Assembly (NCBI GenBank): GCA_016199525.1
Contig: JACQGL010000186.1
Location: forward strand, 6,482-70,481
Origin: Armatimonadota bacterium
Lineage (GTDB): Bacteria; Armatimonadota; SYMT01; JACQGL01
Length of the DNA stretch: 64,000 nt
Direction of reading: 5' to 3'
The position numbers and the translations under genes are program-made. The notes beneath the pieces were generated by a model that saw only the letters and a program-made list of their open reading frames with translations, was not told the DNA's origin and did no database searches. The first letter of the stretch is position 1, and every line of letters begins with the position of its first letter. Shown one piece after another: positions 19,160 through 27,833 of this stretch.

Positions 19160-19241
19160 TAAGCGTTCATCCGCGGATTACCGCGGGACTCGGGATCCGC
19201 TACCGGGATCAGAACGCAGGCGCGTGCCCACGTTTGCCCAT

Positions 19242-20297
19242 TTAAGCCGGTTGCCGGCGGCTGGCGGCGGGGCACACCAGTTCGTCCGCGTAGGCAAACA
19301 GCGCCGGGGTGCCGCCGGTATGGATGAAAACCAGGGTCGCCCCCGGCGGCACGACGCCGCGGCGGACGTGGTCGATCATGCCGGCCATCGCCTTGCCGGT
19401 GTAAACGGGGTCCAGCAGGATACCCTCGGTGCGCGCCGTCAGTTCGATCGCTGCCCGGGCTTCGGGAGTGAGGACGCCGTATGCGGGTCCTACGTACTCC
19501 TCGTGGCAGTGGAGGTCTTCTGGCAGCAAGTCGGCGGCCACCCCCAGTTCCGCTGCCGCCGCGGCGACGGCGCCCGCGATCTGCGCGCGGGCATCGTCGG
19601 GCCAGCGAATAGGCGCGATGGCCACCACGCGGTAAGGGTCCCCCAGGAGACGCGCTCCCAGGGCGAGACCCGCCAGGGTAGGACCGGCAGAGCAGACGTA
19701 AACCGCGTGGGGGGTCAGGCCCTGTTCCGTCATCTGCTCGTGCAGTTCGAGCAGCGCCGCCAGGTAGGCCACCGCACCGAGCATCTTTGCCCCTGGTTCT
19801 CCGATGACGTAGGGGCGTCGGCCTTCGGCTCTCAGCCGTTCACCCACGGCGTGTTTCTCCGCTTCCAGATCCGGTCCCAGGGCCGCCTCGGTCCACACCA
19901 CTCGCGCGCCCAGGATGTGATCGAGCAGCAGGTTGCCCTGGACGGGGCTGGACTTCGCATCGCGGCGAAGAACGAGGATGCATTCCAGGCCTAACCGGGC
20001 GCAGGCGGCGGCAGTCTGGCGGCAGTGGTTACTCTGCGAGGCGGCCCCCTGAATGATGCAATCCGCGCCCCGGGCCAGGGCCTCGCCGAGCGTGAATTCG
20101 AGCTGTCGCGCCTTGTTGCCTCCAAAAGCCAGGCCGGTGGCGTCGTCTCGCTTGATCCAGATCTCCACATCGCCCAGTGCCCGGGAGAGTCGCGGGCAGG
20201 GCTCCAGTGGGGTGGGGAGGTGGGCGAGGCGGACGCGGGGCAGGCGGTCGATGGCCGCCCGGACGGGGGATAGTTCAGCGGGGACGAACGCAGTCAT
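19242..20297 (-). CDS. PLP-dependent ACC deaminase / D-cysteine desulfhydrase family protein
   Basis: FGGNKARQLEF PLP-lysine motif and HTGGT near the C-terminus, typical of this tryptophan-synthase-beta-like family. Confidence 0.85.
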   Translation of the reverse strand: MTAFVPAELSPVRAAIDRLPRVRLAHLPTPLEPCPRLSRALGDVEIWIKRDDATGLAFGGNKARQLEFTLGEALARGADCIIQGAASQSNHCRQTAAACARLGLECILVLRRDAKSSPVQGNLLLDHILGARVVWTEAALGPDLEAEKHAVGERLRAEGRRPYVIGEPGAKMLGAVAYLAALLELHEQMTEQGLTPHAVYVCSAGPTLAGLALGARLLGDPYRVVAIAPIRWPDDARAQIAGAVAAAAAELGVAADLLPEDLHCHEEYVGPAYGVLTPEARAAIELTARTEGILLDPVYTGKAMAGMIDHVRRGVVPPGATLVFIHTGGTPALFAYADELVCPAASRRQPA

Positions 20298-20392
20298 AAA
20301 GAGGGCCCTCCAGGTACCGGACGGGGAACGTTAAGCGCTCACGTGGCCCCGTTCGGCACCAGAGGACCCGGTTCCTGTAGGCTCGGGCCGGG

Positions 20393-20686
20393 TTACCCTT
20401 CACCGACGGCGTGCTTCCCCGCCTCGATGAGTTCGCGAACCTTCTGGCCGCCTTTATGCCCGAGTTCCTCGTAGCCTTCATGGCCGAGCTGTTGCTTCCG
20501 GACTTCGCCACCAACCTCGCCGCCTTTCCTGCCGATCTCTTCGTAGAACTCGCGGCCATATTTGTCGCGCGTGGTCGTGCCGCCCTTGCGGCCCAGTTCC
20601 TCGTAGCCCTGGTGGCCGAGTTCTTGTGCCCGCTTTTCGCCGCCCAGGCGGCCGGCCTCGCGGACCGTCATTTCGCGTTCCGGCAT
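20393..20686 (-). CDS. KGG-repeat general stress protein (GsiB/YciG-like)
   Basis: Repeated GRKGG / GHKGG / GYEELG motifs. ATG 20686 is preceded by AGGAGGGAG. Confidence 0.75.
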   Translation of the reverse strand: MPEREMTVREAGRLGGEKRAQELGHQGYEELGRKGGTTTRDKYGREFYEEIGRKGGEVGGEVRKQQLGHEGYEELGHKGGQKVRELIEAGKHAVGEG

Positions 20687-20810
20687 CGCCACTCCCTCCT
20701 GGTAGTTCCGCAGCCCCGTTGTCAGGGCGCGCGACGTGCCACAGCGCTGCCGCTGTACCCATCCGGGCGGTTCATTCCCGTCCATCCCCGGGCATAAACC
20801 CGCGGGGTCG

Positions 20811-20845
20811 GAGTAGGGAGTGGAGAGTGCGAAGTGAGGAGTGCC
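20811..20845. repeat. Imperfect heptamer tandem repeat (GAGTAGG GAGTGGA GAGTGCG AAGTGAG GAGTGCC)
   Basis: Five consecutive 7-nt units with a conserved GAGTG core, read directly, plus one more GGAGTG at 20853-20858. The repeat lies in a divergent intergenic region. Confidence 0.55.
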
Positions 20846-21044
20846 CGAATGCGGAGTGGGAGGCGTGACGGCACAGGAACGGCAGACGGGGGACCGGAAG
20901 GCGCGTCGGCAGGGGGCACCGCTAGCCCCCGTCCTGGCCTCCGATCCACCGTCCTTCGCCGCCGGGCCGGCCGCCGCGTGAGAAGGCCGCTGCGTAGCAG
21001 AAGATTCCCCGCAACCGAGGGTGACAGCCTGCCTCCTCGGGACG

Positions 21045-21076
21045 TATCTATATCAGGATGTTATGATAGATCTATC
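21045..21076 (+). promoter_or_regulatory. Candidate ArsR-family operator overlapping a -10-like TATGAT
   Basis: ATCTAT (21046-21051)-N14-ATAGAT (21066-21071) inverted repeat, and a perfect 12-bp palindrome GATAGATCTATC (21065-21076). This is 15 nt upstream of the arsR-like start, in the most AT-rich spot of the region. Confidence 0.45.
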
Positions 21077-21090
21077 CTGAGGTGCAGCCG

Positions 21091-21420
21091 ATGAAACCGG
21101 AGGAGAACGGGTTCACGCGAGAGGATCTGAAGGCCAAGCTGTTCCAGGGCTTCGCCGATCCCATCCGCATCGCCATCCTGGAGCTGCTGCGGGAGCGCGA
21201 GATGTGCGTGAGTGAGATGGCCGAGGCGGTGGGGTGCTCCCAGCCACGCATCTCTAACCACCTTGCCTGTCTGCGCTGGTGCCAGTTCGTGCAGACGCGC
21301 AAGGAGGGCAACCAGGTTATCTACTCCCTCCACGACGACCGCATCCGGAAGATCCTGGAACTGGCAGACGACCTGCTCGCCGCCAACGCCGAGCAGGTCT
21401 ATCGCTGCATCCGCATCTAA
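21091..21420 (+). CDS. ArsR/SmtB-family metalloregulatory transcription factor
   Basis: FADPIRIAILELLREREMCVSEMAEAVGCSQPRISNHLACLRWCQFV shows the wHTH (SQPxxSxHL) and candidate sensing Cys residues (CVSE, ACLRWC). Start is ATG 21091 after GAGG, or GTG 21082. Confidence 0.85.
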   Translation: MKPEENGFTREDLKAKLFQGFADPIRIAILELLREREMCVSEMAEAVGCSQPRISNHLACLRWCQFVQTRKEGNQVIYSLHDDRIRKILELADDLLAANAEQVYRCIRI

Positions 21421-21450
21421 CGCCCGCCGCTCTGCATACAGGAGGAATCG

Positions 21451-21987
21451 ATGTCCAGCTGTTGTGCACTACCCGCCCGCAAGGAAACGCAAACCACCCT
21501 GCCCCTCTGTCCCGAGTGCAGACGGAAAGGACGACGGGTAGAGCCGGTCACGTTGAAGGCGCTGCTCCTCCCACCTGCCTTGGCGCGCCTGGAGAATACC
21601 CCTTACCACTTCTGCCCCACGCCCACCTGTCCGGTCGTCTACTTCGCTGTCGAAGCGGAGAGCATTTACCACAAGAAAGACCTGAAGGTCCGCGTCGGTC
21701 TGAAGGAGGTGGACGATCCCATTCCTGTCTGTTACTGCTTCGGGCACACCCGCACCAGCGTATGGGAAGAGATCCGCCGCACCGGCCAATCCACGGCGGT
21801 GCAGTCGATCACGGCCCACGTACAGGCTGGCCGGTGTGCGTGTGAGGTGAACAACCCGAGTGGCGCGTGCTGCCTGGGCGAGGTGAACAAGGCCGTAAAG
21901 GAAGGCATCGCGCGTCTTGGGCTGAAGTCAGGAGCCGCGCCTGTGCCGGAGGCTTTGACGCCCGCCCGATCAGGCGAGCGTGTGTAG
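21451..21987 (+). CDS. CopZ N-terminal-domain-like Cys-rich metal-binding protein (putative Zn/[2Fe-2S])
   Basis: CPECRRKG..V...T, FCPTPTCPVVYF, LKVRVGLKE..DPIPVCYCF and CEVNNPSGACC match my recollection of the Archaeoglobus CopZ N-terminal domain pattern. Confidence 0.6.
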   Translation: MSSCCALPARKETQTTLPLCPECRRKGRRVEPVTLKALLLPPALARLENTPYHFCPTPTCPVVYFAVEAESIYHKKDLKVRVGLKEVDDPIPVCYCFGHTRTSVWEEIRRTGQSTAVQSITAHVQAGRCACEVNNPSGACCLGEVNKAVKEGIARLGLKSGAAPVPEALTPARSGERV

Positions 21988-22045
21988 GCAATCATCCGCC
22001 CGGGGGTACTGGCCCCTAGACTTGCTGATGAGGAGACCCACGACT

Positions 22046-22711
22046 ATGAAGGAGAAGACTATGAAGGAGAAGCTGTCCGCCGCTGGATCGGTAGTGGCGG
22101 CCATCCTGGCATCCGCGTGTTGCATCGGGCCAGTCGTGCTGGCCGCATTGGGCGTTGGCAGTGTGGGCTTCGCTTCGACGCTGGAGCCTTACCGTCCGTA
22201 CTTTGCGGGGGTTACGTTCGTCCTGCTGGGGACCGCCTGGTACTTCGCGCTACGCAGGTCGTCCAATGTTGCCGCCCTATCTGCCGAGGACAGTGGCGCC
22301 GCGCCAAGTGCCTGCAGGGCGCCGGAGGCATGTTGCGCGCCTGCAAATGGGTGGCGACGGAACATCCTCTTGCTGACTGCCGTCACCGCCTTCGCCCTGC
22401 TGATGCTGGCCTTTCCCTGGATCAGTGGTGCGCTGGCTGGTGCGGCTAAGCCAGCTCCCAAGGCGCTCGCATCGGCACACGATACACGTACCGCGACCCT
22501 CCGGATCGAGGGTATGACCTGACCGGTGGGCTGCCCATCGAGGGTAAGAGCGGCCTTGGTCAAGGTCAACGGTTTCAATGAGGTCCGGGTCGAGTTCGCA
22601 AAGAAACAGGCGCTGGTCACCTACGACCCGGACCAGATCGCGCCGGAGAAGCTCGCCGATGCCGTTCGGAAGGGGACCGGGTTCACGGTGACTGTAGGCA
22701 GTGATAAGTAG
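22046..22711 (+). CDS. MerT-like membrane metal transporter fused to an HMA domain, interrupted by in-frame TGA at 22520-22522 (Sec candidate or pseudogene)
   Basis: The N-terminal TM helix has a vicinal Cys pair (ASACCIGPVVLAALG), and there is a second Cys-rich loop (SACRAPEACCAP). The sequence TATLRIEGMT-TGA-PVGCPSRVRAALVKVNGF...TGFTVTV then forms one HMA domain across two same-frame ORFs (21980..22522 and 22526..22711). Confidence 0.55.
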
Positions 22712-23069
22712 AGGCGCTTCGAACTGCGTAGGCTGACCGTGCGCTTCCCGGTGCCCGACGGGTACTAATTCTGGCGGTACCTGCGGCTTGCCGGTCATCC
22801 GCCACGCCGACGTGGCTTCAGCCGATTGCTGCATGCAATTGTGGCCCCGCGCTTCCGTGTCGCTTCGCCTCCGTGCGTCGGGTCTCCCTCTGACGCCCGC
22901 TACGCTTCCCACTGGCGCCGGTTCATCTCCGCCCGGCTCTCCCGCCGCCACACTGGAAGGCACGGGTCGCACAGCCTCCGGTGTGCCGGGGTCGGACCTC
23001 CACACCGCGAGCAAACCCACGTAGGCGCGGGGTCTCTCGCCGATTCGGCCTTGTGGCTGGGCCCAGGGG

Positions 23070-23579
23070 CTACCGCTCCTCGCGCGGGGGCAGCGGCTTC
23101 AGCACGATGGGCGGCTTGCGGCTTTTCTTCTTGGGGGTCGCCGACTTCGCGTGGTCGCGTTCCTTCCGGGCGGTCTTTGCCTGGGGCTGCGCCGTCGGAT
23201 TCTCCGGTACAGTGAACTCGAACATCAATGTCTGCGCCGACCGCCGGATGGTGAGCTTGACCCGGTCGCCGGGCTTCAGCCGACTCATCTCGCGGTGCAG
23301 CTCCCGCAGGCTGCGCACCTCCTGGTCCTGGAAGCGCAGGATCTCGTCCCCGCGGCGCACGCCTGCCCGTCGCGCCGCGCCCTGGGGATCCACCTCCAGG
23401 ACGAATGGGAAGGGGGCCCCCTGGTTCTCACCCAGATACATTCCGTAGAACCAGCCGGTGACCTCGGCGTGGACGCCCTTCTCCTCCGCGCGCGCTTCGC
23501 TCTCCTGCTGGGCCACGGCAGGCGCCGCCAGCAACGCCGATGCAAGCAGAGCGAGACCGAACTTCTGCCAGAATCTCAT
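23070..23579 (-). CDS. Secreted PDZ-domain protein
   Basis: Signal-like MRFWQKFGLALLASALLAAPAVAQQ. The PDZ core is GAARRAGVRRGDEILRFQDQEVRSLRELHREMSRLKPGDRVKLTIRR, followed by a Lys/Pro-rich tail. Confidence 0.75.
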   Translation of the reverse strand: MRFWQKFGLALLASALLAAPAVAQQESEARAEEKGVHAEVTGWFYGMYLGENQGAPFPFVLEVDPQGAARRAGVRRGDEILRFQDQEVRSLRELHREMSRLKPGDRVKLTIRRSAQTLMFEFTVPENPTAQPQAKTARKERDHAKSATPKKKSRKPPIVLKPLPPREER

Positions 23580-23716
23580 CGTCTACCTCTCCTGGCGAGC
23601 GCCCGCGCAGCGACTCGCCTCCCGCTTGAGTATACCATTTCCCACGCCGGATGAGGATATCCGCTGGCGCCCAGGGAGATAACGGGGCCTCTGTCAGCCA
23701 ACCTTCCCGGCCGCCA

Positions 23717-23725
23717 TGCTATAAT
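23717..23725 (+). promoter_or_regulatory. Extended -10 element TGcTATAAT upstream of xerC
   Basis: TG at 23717-23718 and TATAAT at 23720-23725. AGGGAGG and GTG 23748 follow. No good -35 was seen. Confidence 0.4.
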
Positions 23726-23747
23726 GGGGTCGCGAAGGGAGGCGCGC

Positions 23748-24701
23748 GTGCGCGAGCAGATTGAAAGCTTTCGACGGCACCTGGAGGTCATCCGTCGGCT
23801 ATCCACGCACACGGTGAGGGGATATGTGGCGGACGTCGTGCAGTTCGCCGCGTTCCTGGAGGCGCTGCCGGACGGCCCGCGCAACTGGGACCAGGCATCC
23901 CACCGCGAGGTGCGGCGCTTTCTGGCGGGGTTGCAGGCCACGCGCTACGCGCGACGTTCGGCGGCGCGGAAGCTGGCGGCACTGCGATCGTTCTACCGCT
24001 ACCTCGTGGGGCAGGGATGGGCCACCGCCAACCCCGCGGTGGGGGTCCATTCGCCCCGCCTGGAGCGCCGCCTGCCGGGGGTGCTGCGTGGCGATGAAGT
24101 GGAGCATCTGCTGCTCACACCCGATTGCGCCACACCGCTCGGCGCGCGGGACGCCGCGCTCCTGGAAACGCTCTACTCCACAGGGATGCGCGCCGGCGAA
24201 CTCGTGTCGCTGCGGGTGGCGGACGTGGTGGACGGCGCGGACACCCTGCGCGTGCTGGGAAAGGGGAGCAAGGAGCGGCTGGTATTCCTGGGCCGTGCCG
24301 CGCGGGAGGCGATCGCGGACTACCTGGCGTTCGCTCGGCCACGGCTCCTCGCCGCGAATCGCCGCGCGCGGGAAGCTCCCGACGCGCTGTTTCTCAACAA
24401 GAATGGCACCCCGCTCTCGGATCGTGCCGTGCGCCTGGTGGTGCAGCGCACGGTGAGGCAGGCCTGCCTGACGAACCAGATCAGCCCGCACGGACTGCGG
24501 CACTCTTTCGCTACGCACCTGTTGGCGAATGGGGCGGATCTGCGGGCGGTGCAGGAGCTCCTGGGCCACGCCAGTCTTTCCACCACCCAGATCTACACTC
24601 ACCTGTCGCGGGAACAGATTCAACGGGTATACGAAGCAGCGCACCCCGGTGCGCGCCGGGGTGGAGGGGCCGCACCAGACACGACGCGCGGGCGCGGTTA
24701 A
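23748..24701 (+). CDS. xerC: Tyrosine recombinase XerC/CodV-type
   Basis: HGLRHSFATHLL...GADLRAVQELLGHASLSTTQIYTH C-terminal catalytic signature (R..HxxR..Y), in conserved synteny with hslV-hslU. GTG 23748 follows AGGGAGG. Confidence 0.9.
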   Translation: MREQIESFRRHLEVIRRLSTHTVRGYVADVVQFAAFLEALPDGPRNWDQASHREVRRFLAGLQATRYARRSAARKLAALRSFYRYLVGQGWATANPAVGVHSPRLERRLPGVLRGDEVEHLLLTPDCATPLGARDAALLETLYSTGMRAGELVSLRVADVVDGADTLRVLGKGSKERLVFLGRAAREAIADYLAFARPRLLAANRRAREAPDALFLNKNGTPLSDRAVRLVVQRTVRQACLTNQISPHGLRHSFATHLLANGADLRAVQELLGHASLSTTQIYTHLSREQIQRVYEAAHPGARRGGGAAPDTTRGRG

Positions 24702-24751
24702 GCTTCATCCAGGAAACTAAGATCGTTATGGGTATGTGCGAGTCAGACAGA

Positions 24752-25294
24752 ATGGGGGCGCCCGCGTTCCGCGGCACCACGGTAATCGCCGTCCGGCGGG
24801 GCGGCCGCGTGGCGGTCGGCTCTGATGGGCAGATCACCTTCGGCGAGCATGCTATCAAGCATACCAGCCGCAAAGTGCTGCGCATCCACGAGGGCCGCGT
24901 GCTGGCCGGGTTTGCGGGCGGCGCCGCTGATGCGCTGGCGCTGCTGGATAAGGTGGAGAACCACGTTCGCGAAGCGCGCGGCGATCTGGAACGCGCCGCT
25001 ATGGGATTCGCCCGCGAGTGGCGCACGGACCGCGTGCTGCGCCAGCTCCAGGCGATGATCCTGGTGGCGGACGCCCAGCAGACGTTTGTGTTTGGCGGGA
25101 CGGGCGAGGTGCTGCGGCCAGACGAGGACGTGGTAGCGATTGGCTCGGGCGGTCCGGTGGCGCACGCCGCCGGCCTTGCCCTGCTGCGCCATACCGACTT
25201 GGGCGCCGAAGAAATCGTCCGCGAAGCGCTGGAGATCGCCGGGCGCCTGTGCATCTACACCAACAACCACATCACCGTGGAGACGCTAGAGTGA
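24752..25294 (+). CDS. hslV: ATP-dependent protease subunit HslV (CodW-like short propeptide)
   Basis: [11 protein letters not shown]...GDGQITFG...GFAGGAADA...GSGG motifs. The start is ambiguous among in-frame ATGs 24728, 24734 and 24752. The long upstream part of track ORF 24125..25294 overlaps xerC and is rejected. Confidence 0.88.
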   Translation: MGAPAFRGTTVIAVRRGGRVAVGSDGQITFGEHAIKHTSRKVLRIHEGRVLAGFAGGAADALALLDKVENHVREARGDLERAAMGFAREWRTDRVLRQLQAMILVADAQQTFVFGGTGEVLRPDEDVVAIGSGGPVAHAAGLALLRHTDLGAEEIVREALEIAGRLCIYTNNHITVETLE

Positions 25295-25334
25295 AGCGGG
25301 CGGCGTGCCCGCCGGGCGTCTCCGGAAGGACAGC

Positions 25335-26774
25335 ATGGACCTTGCCGAACTGACGCCCCGCCAGATCGTGGCGGAGCTGGACAAGTACATCGTGGGCCAG
25401 GCGGCGGCGAAGCGCGCCGTGGCCGTGGCGCTGCGCAACCGCCACCGCCGCCGGCAGCTGCCCGACGACCTGCGCGAGGAAGTCATTCCCAAGAACATCC
25501 TCATGATCGGCCCGACCGGTGTGGGAAAGACGGAGATCGCCCGCCGGCTGGCCCGCCTCGCCAACGCCCCCTTCGTCAAGGTGGAAGCTACCAAGTTCAC
25601 CGAAGTGGGTTACGTGGGTCGGGATGTGGACAGCATCATCCGCGATCTGGTGCAGAGGGCCTACCAGATGGTGGAAGAGGAGCACACCGCGCGCGTGCGC
25701 GACCGTGCGGAGGAGAACGCCATCGACCGGATCGTCGAGGCGCTCCAGCCAGGCTCGCACCAGGCCGAGACGCGCGACTACGCAGGCGTGCCGGGCCCGT
25801 TCGGCTTCCTCTTCCCGCGCCCGGGGAGCTCCCCACCTCCGCCCCTTACCGCCGAAGAGGAGGAGCGGCAGCGCCGCCGCGAGCAGCAGCGTGCGCGGGT
25901 GACGGCGGATCTGCGCGCGCAGATCGCCTCCGGAGCGCTCGACGATCAGATGGTGGAAGTGGAGGTGGAGGAGAGCCCGGGCATCTCGTTCCTGCCCGCG
26001 TTCTCCCAGTCGGGGATGGAAGAAATCGGCGTCAACCTGGCGGATATGTTCGGTAACGTGATGCCGAAGCGGCGTTCCCGGCGACGCATGACGATACGCG
26101 AGGCCCGGGAGGTGCTTACCCAGGAGGAGGCGCGGCAGCTCATCGACCTGGACGCCGTGAAACGTGAGGCGCTGGAGCGGGCGCAGCAGTCCGGTATCGT
26201 GTTCGTGGACGAGCTGGACAAGATTGCCGGCCGGGACGGGGGCGTGGGGCCTGATGTGTCACGTGGAGGCGTGCAGCGCGATCTGCTGCCGATTATCGAG
26301 GGAACGACGGTGCAGACAAAGTTCGGCCCCACGCGCACGGACCACATCCTGTTCATCGCTGCGGGCGCCTTCCACGTGAGCAAGCCCTCCGATCTGATGC
26401 CGGAACTCCAGGGTCGCCTGCCGATCCGCGTGGAGCTGGAAAGCCTCACCGAGGCGGACTTCCGTCGCATCCTTACCGAGCCGCAGAACGCCCTCACGCG
26501 GCAATATGCGGCGCTGCTGGCGGCGGACGGTGTTGCCCTGCGGTTTACCGAGGACGGGATCGCCACGCTGGCGAGCGTGGCTGCAGAGGTGAACGCGAAG
26601 ACAGAGAACATCGGCGCCCGCCGCCTGTACACGGTGATGGAGAAGGTGCTGGAAGACGTTTCCTTCGCTGCTCCGGACGAGGTGACGGGCGAAGTGGTCG
26701 TGGACGCCGCCTACGTGCGCGTGCGTCTGGAGAAGATTGCCGCAGATCAGGACCTGGCGCGGTATGTGCTGTAG
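25335..26774 (+). CDS. hslU: ATP-dependent protease ATPase subunit HslU
   Basis: [29 protein letters not shown], Walker [16 protein letters not shown], Walker [11 protein letters not shown], and C-terminal DLARYVL. Confidence 0.95.
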   Translation: MDLAELTPRQIVAELDKYIVGQAAAKRAVAVALRNRHRRRQLPDDLREEVIPKNILMIGPTGVGKTEIARRLARLANAPFVKVEATKFTEVGYVGRDVDSIIRDLVQRAYQMVEEEHTARVRDRAEENAIDRIVEALQPGSHQAETRDYAGVPGPFGFLFPRPGSSPPPPLTAEEEERQRRREQQRARVTADLRAQIASGALDDQMVEVEVEESPGISFLPAFSQSGMEEIGVNLADMFGNVMPKRRSRRRMTIREAREVLTQEEARQLIDLDAVKREALERAQQSGIVFVDELDKIAGRDGGVGPDVSRGGVQRDLLPIIEGTTVQTKFGPTRTDHILFIAAGAFHVSKPSDLMPELQGRLPIRVELESLTEADFRRILTEPQNALTRQYAALLAADGVALRFTEDGIATLASVAAEVNAKTENIGARRLYTVMEKVLEDVSFAAPDEVTGEVVVDAAYVRVRLEKIAADQDLARYVL

Positions 26775-26783
26775 GGAGAAGAG

Positions 26784-27371
26784 ATGTCCCGCACCGCCAC
26801 CATCGCTCGCAAGACCAAGGAAACCGACGTCTGCCTCGAGTTGAACCTCGACGGCGCCGGCCGTGCCGATGTCCACACCGGCGTCGGCTTCTTCGATCAT
26901 ATGCTGGACCTGTTCGCGCGCCACGGCCTCTTCGATCTGGAGGTGGAGGCGAAGGGAGACCTGCACGTGGACCAGCACCACACTGTGGAGGACGTAGGCA
27001 TCTGCCTGGGCCTGGCCCTGCGCGAAGCGCTGGGGGACCGGGCGGGGATCGTCCGCTACGGCCATGCCGGTGTGCCGATGGACGAGGCGCTGGTGCTGGC
27101 GGCAGTGGATGTGAGCGGCCGGCCGTTCTTCGTCGGCGACCTCCAGGTTCAGGGCCGCACGATCGGGGCGTTTGATGCGGAGCTGGCCCCCGAGTTCTTC
27201 CGCGCCGTCGCCATGAACGGCCTCCTCACCCTGCACCTGCGCCAGCTGGCGGGGGAGAATGCGCACCACGTGGTGGAAGGGGCGTTCAAGGCGTTCGCGC
27301 GGGCGCTGGACGCCGCCACCCGCCACGATGAGCGTGTGCAGGGGGTGCCGTCTACCAAGGGGGTGTTGTAA
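26784..27371 (+). CDS. hisB: Imidazoleglycerol-phosphate dehydratase
   Basis: RKTKETDV...GVGFFDHML...[15 protein letters not shown]...[15 protein letters not shown] conserved HisB motifs. Confidence 0.95.
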   Translation: MSRTATIARKTKETDVCLELNLDGAGRADVHTGVGFFDHMLDLFARHGLFDLEVEAKGDLHVDQHHTVEDVGICLGLALREALGDRAGIVRYGHAGVPMDEALVLAAVDVSGRPFFVGDLQVQGRTIGAFDAELAPEFFRAVAMNGLLTLHLRQLAGENAHHVVEGAFKAFARALDAATRHDERVQGVPSTKGVL

Positions 27372-27626
27372 GCGGCACTGTGCAGCCGTATCCGCGCCGC
27401 GCGCACACCGTCGCGCTAACCGCACTGTCCCCGTGATGCATACGGCAGTCACCCCCCGCAGGCCCGGCATCATGCTAGGGCCCGCGTGTGGGATCAGGGC
27501 GCGCCAGAGTCCTCGGCCTGCGGACTCAAGGAACGACCACCGCTCGCCCTGCTGTGCCTTCGGCAGTGCCAGTGCCGCTTGTCTCTGACCAGTAATGCCC
27601 CTTCGGCGCGGTCCAACACCCGCGGA

Positions 27627-27788
27627 TCAGTCGTCAGCACAGCTCCTCGTCGGCCGGATGGCCGCCGCCTGGCGCGCTAGATCCTCCGGCGGGTGCGCGG
27701 CGTGCATTGTTGCCTGCGCGCGCAGGATCGATTGCGTCCCGACCAGGAGCAGGATGGCTGCCGTAGAGAGAGTGCGCCGCGCCTTCAT
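27627..27788 (-). CDS. Candidate small secreted peptide (53 aa), not in ORF track
   Basis: Hand translation gives MKARRTLSTAAILLLVGTQSILRAQATMHAAHPPEDLARQAAAIRPTRSCADD. It is signal-peptide-like, has AGAGAGG 5 nt upstream of the ATG, and lies 46 nt downstream of the iron-permease gene on the same strand. Confidence 0.3.
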   Translation of the reverse strand: MKARRTLSTAAILLLVGTQSILRAQATMHAAHPPEDLARQAAAIRPTRSCADD

Positions 27789-27833
27789 TGCGCCTCTCTT
27801 CTGAAGATGGATGGGGTCGAAACTGCCGTCCGT

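Noticed and set aside
22520-22522. Genome-wide UGA reassignment (code 4 or 25) as an explanation for the in-frame TGA
   Set aside because: TGA terminates well-supported genes in this window at expected lengths, for example the sigma factor at 11156-11158 and the Gfo/Idh/MocA gene at 61875-61877. Global recoding is therefore unlikely. Only local Sec recoding or a mutation remain.
22277-23020. 247-aa minus-strand ORF spanning the MerT-HMA 3' half and the following intergenic region
   Set aside because: It runs antisense to a motif-supported HMA domain, I recognised no motifs in it, and it has no convincing RBS.
23748-24701. Tyrosine recombinase as a marker of an integrated mobile element
   Set aside because: The conserved xerC/codV-hslV-hslU synteny and the XerC/D-type catalytic C-terminus indicate the chromosomal dimer-resolution recombinase. 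I saw no att-like repeats or cargo genes.
24125-24751. N-terminal 200-aa extension of the hslV ORF in the track (389 aa)
   Set aside because: It overlaps xerC in another frame and is Arg/Gly/Pro-rich. HslV homology begins only at GTTVIAV, so an internal ATG is used.
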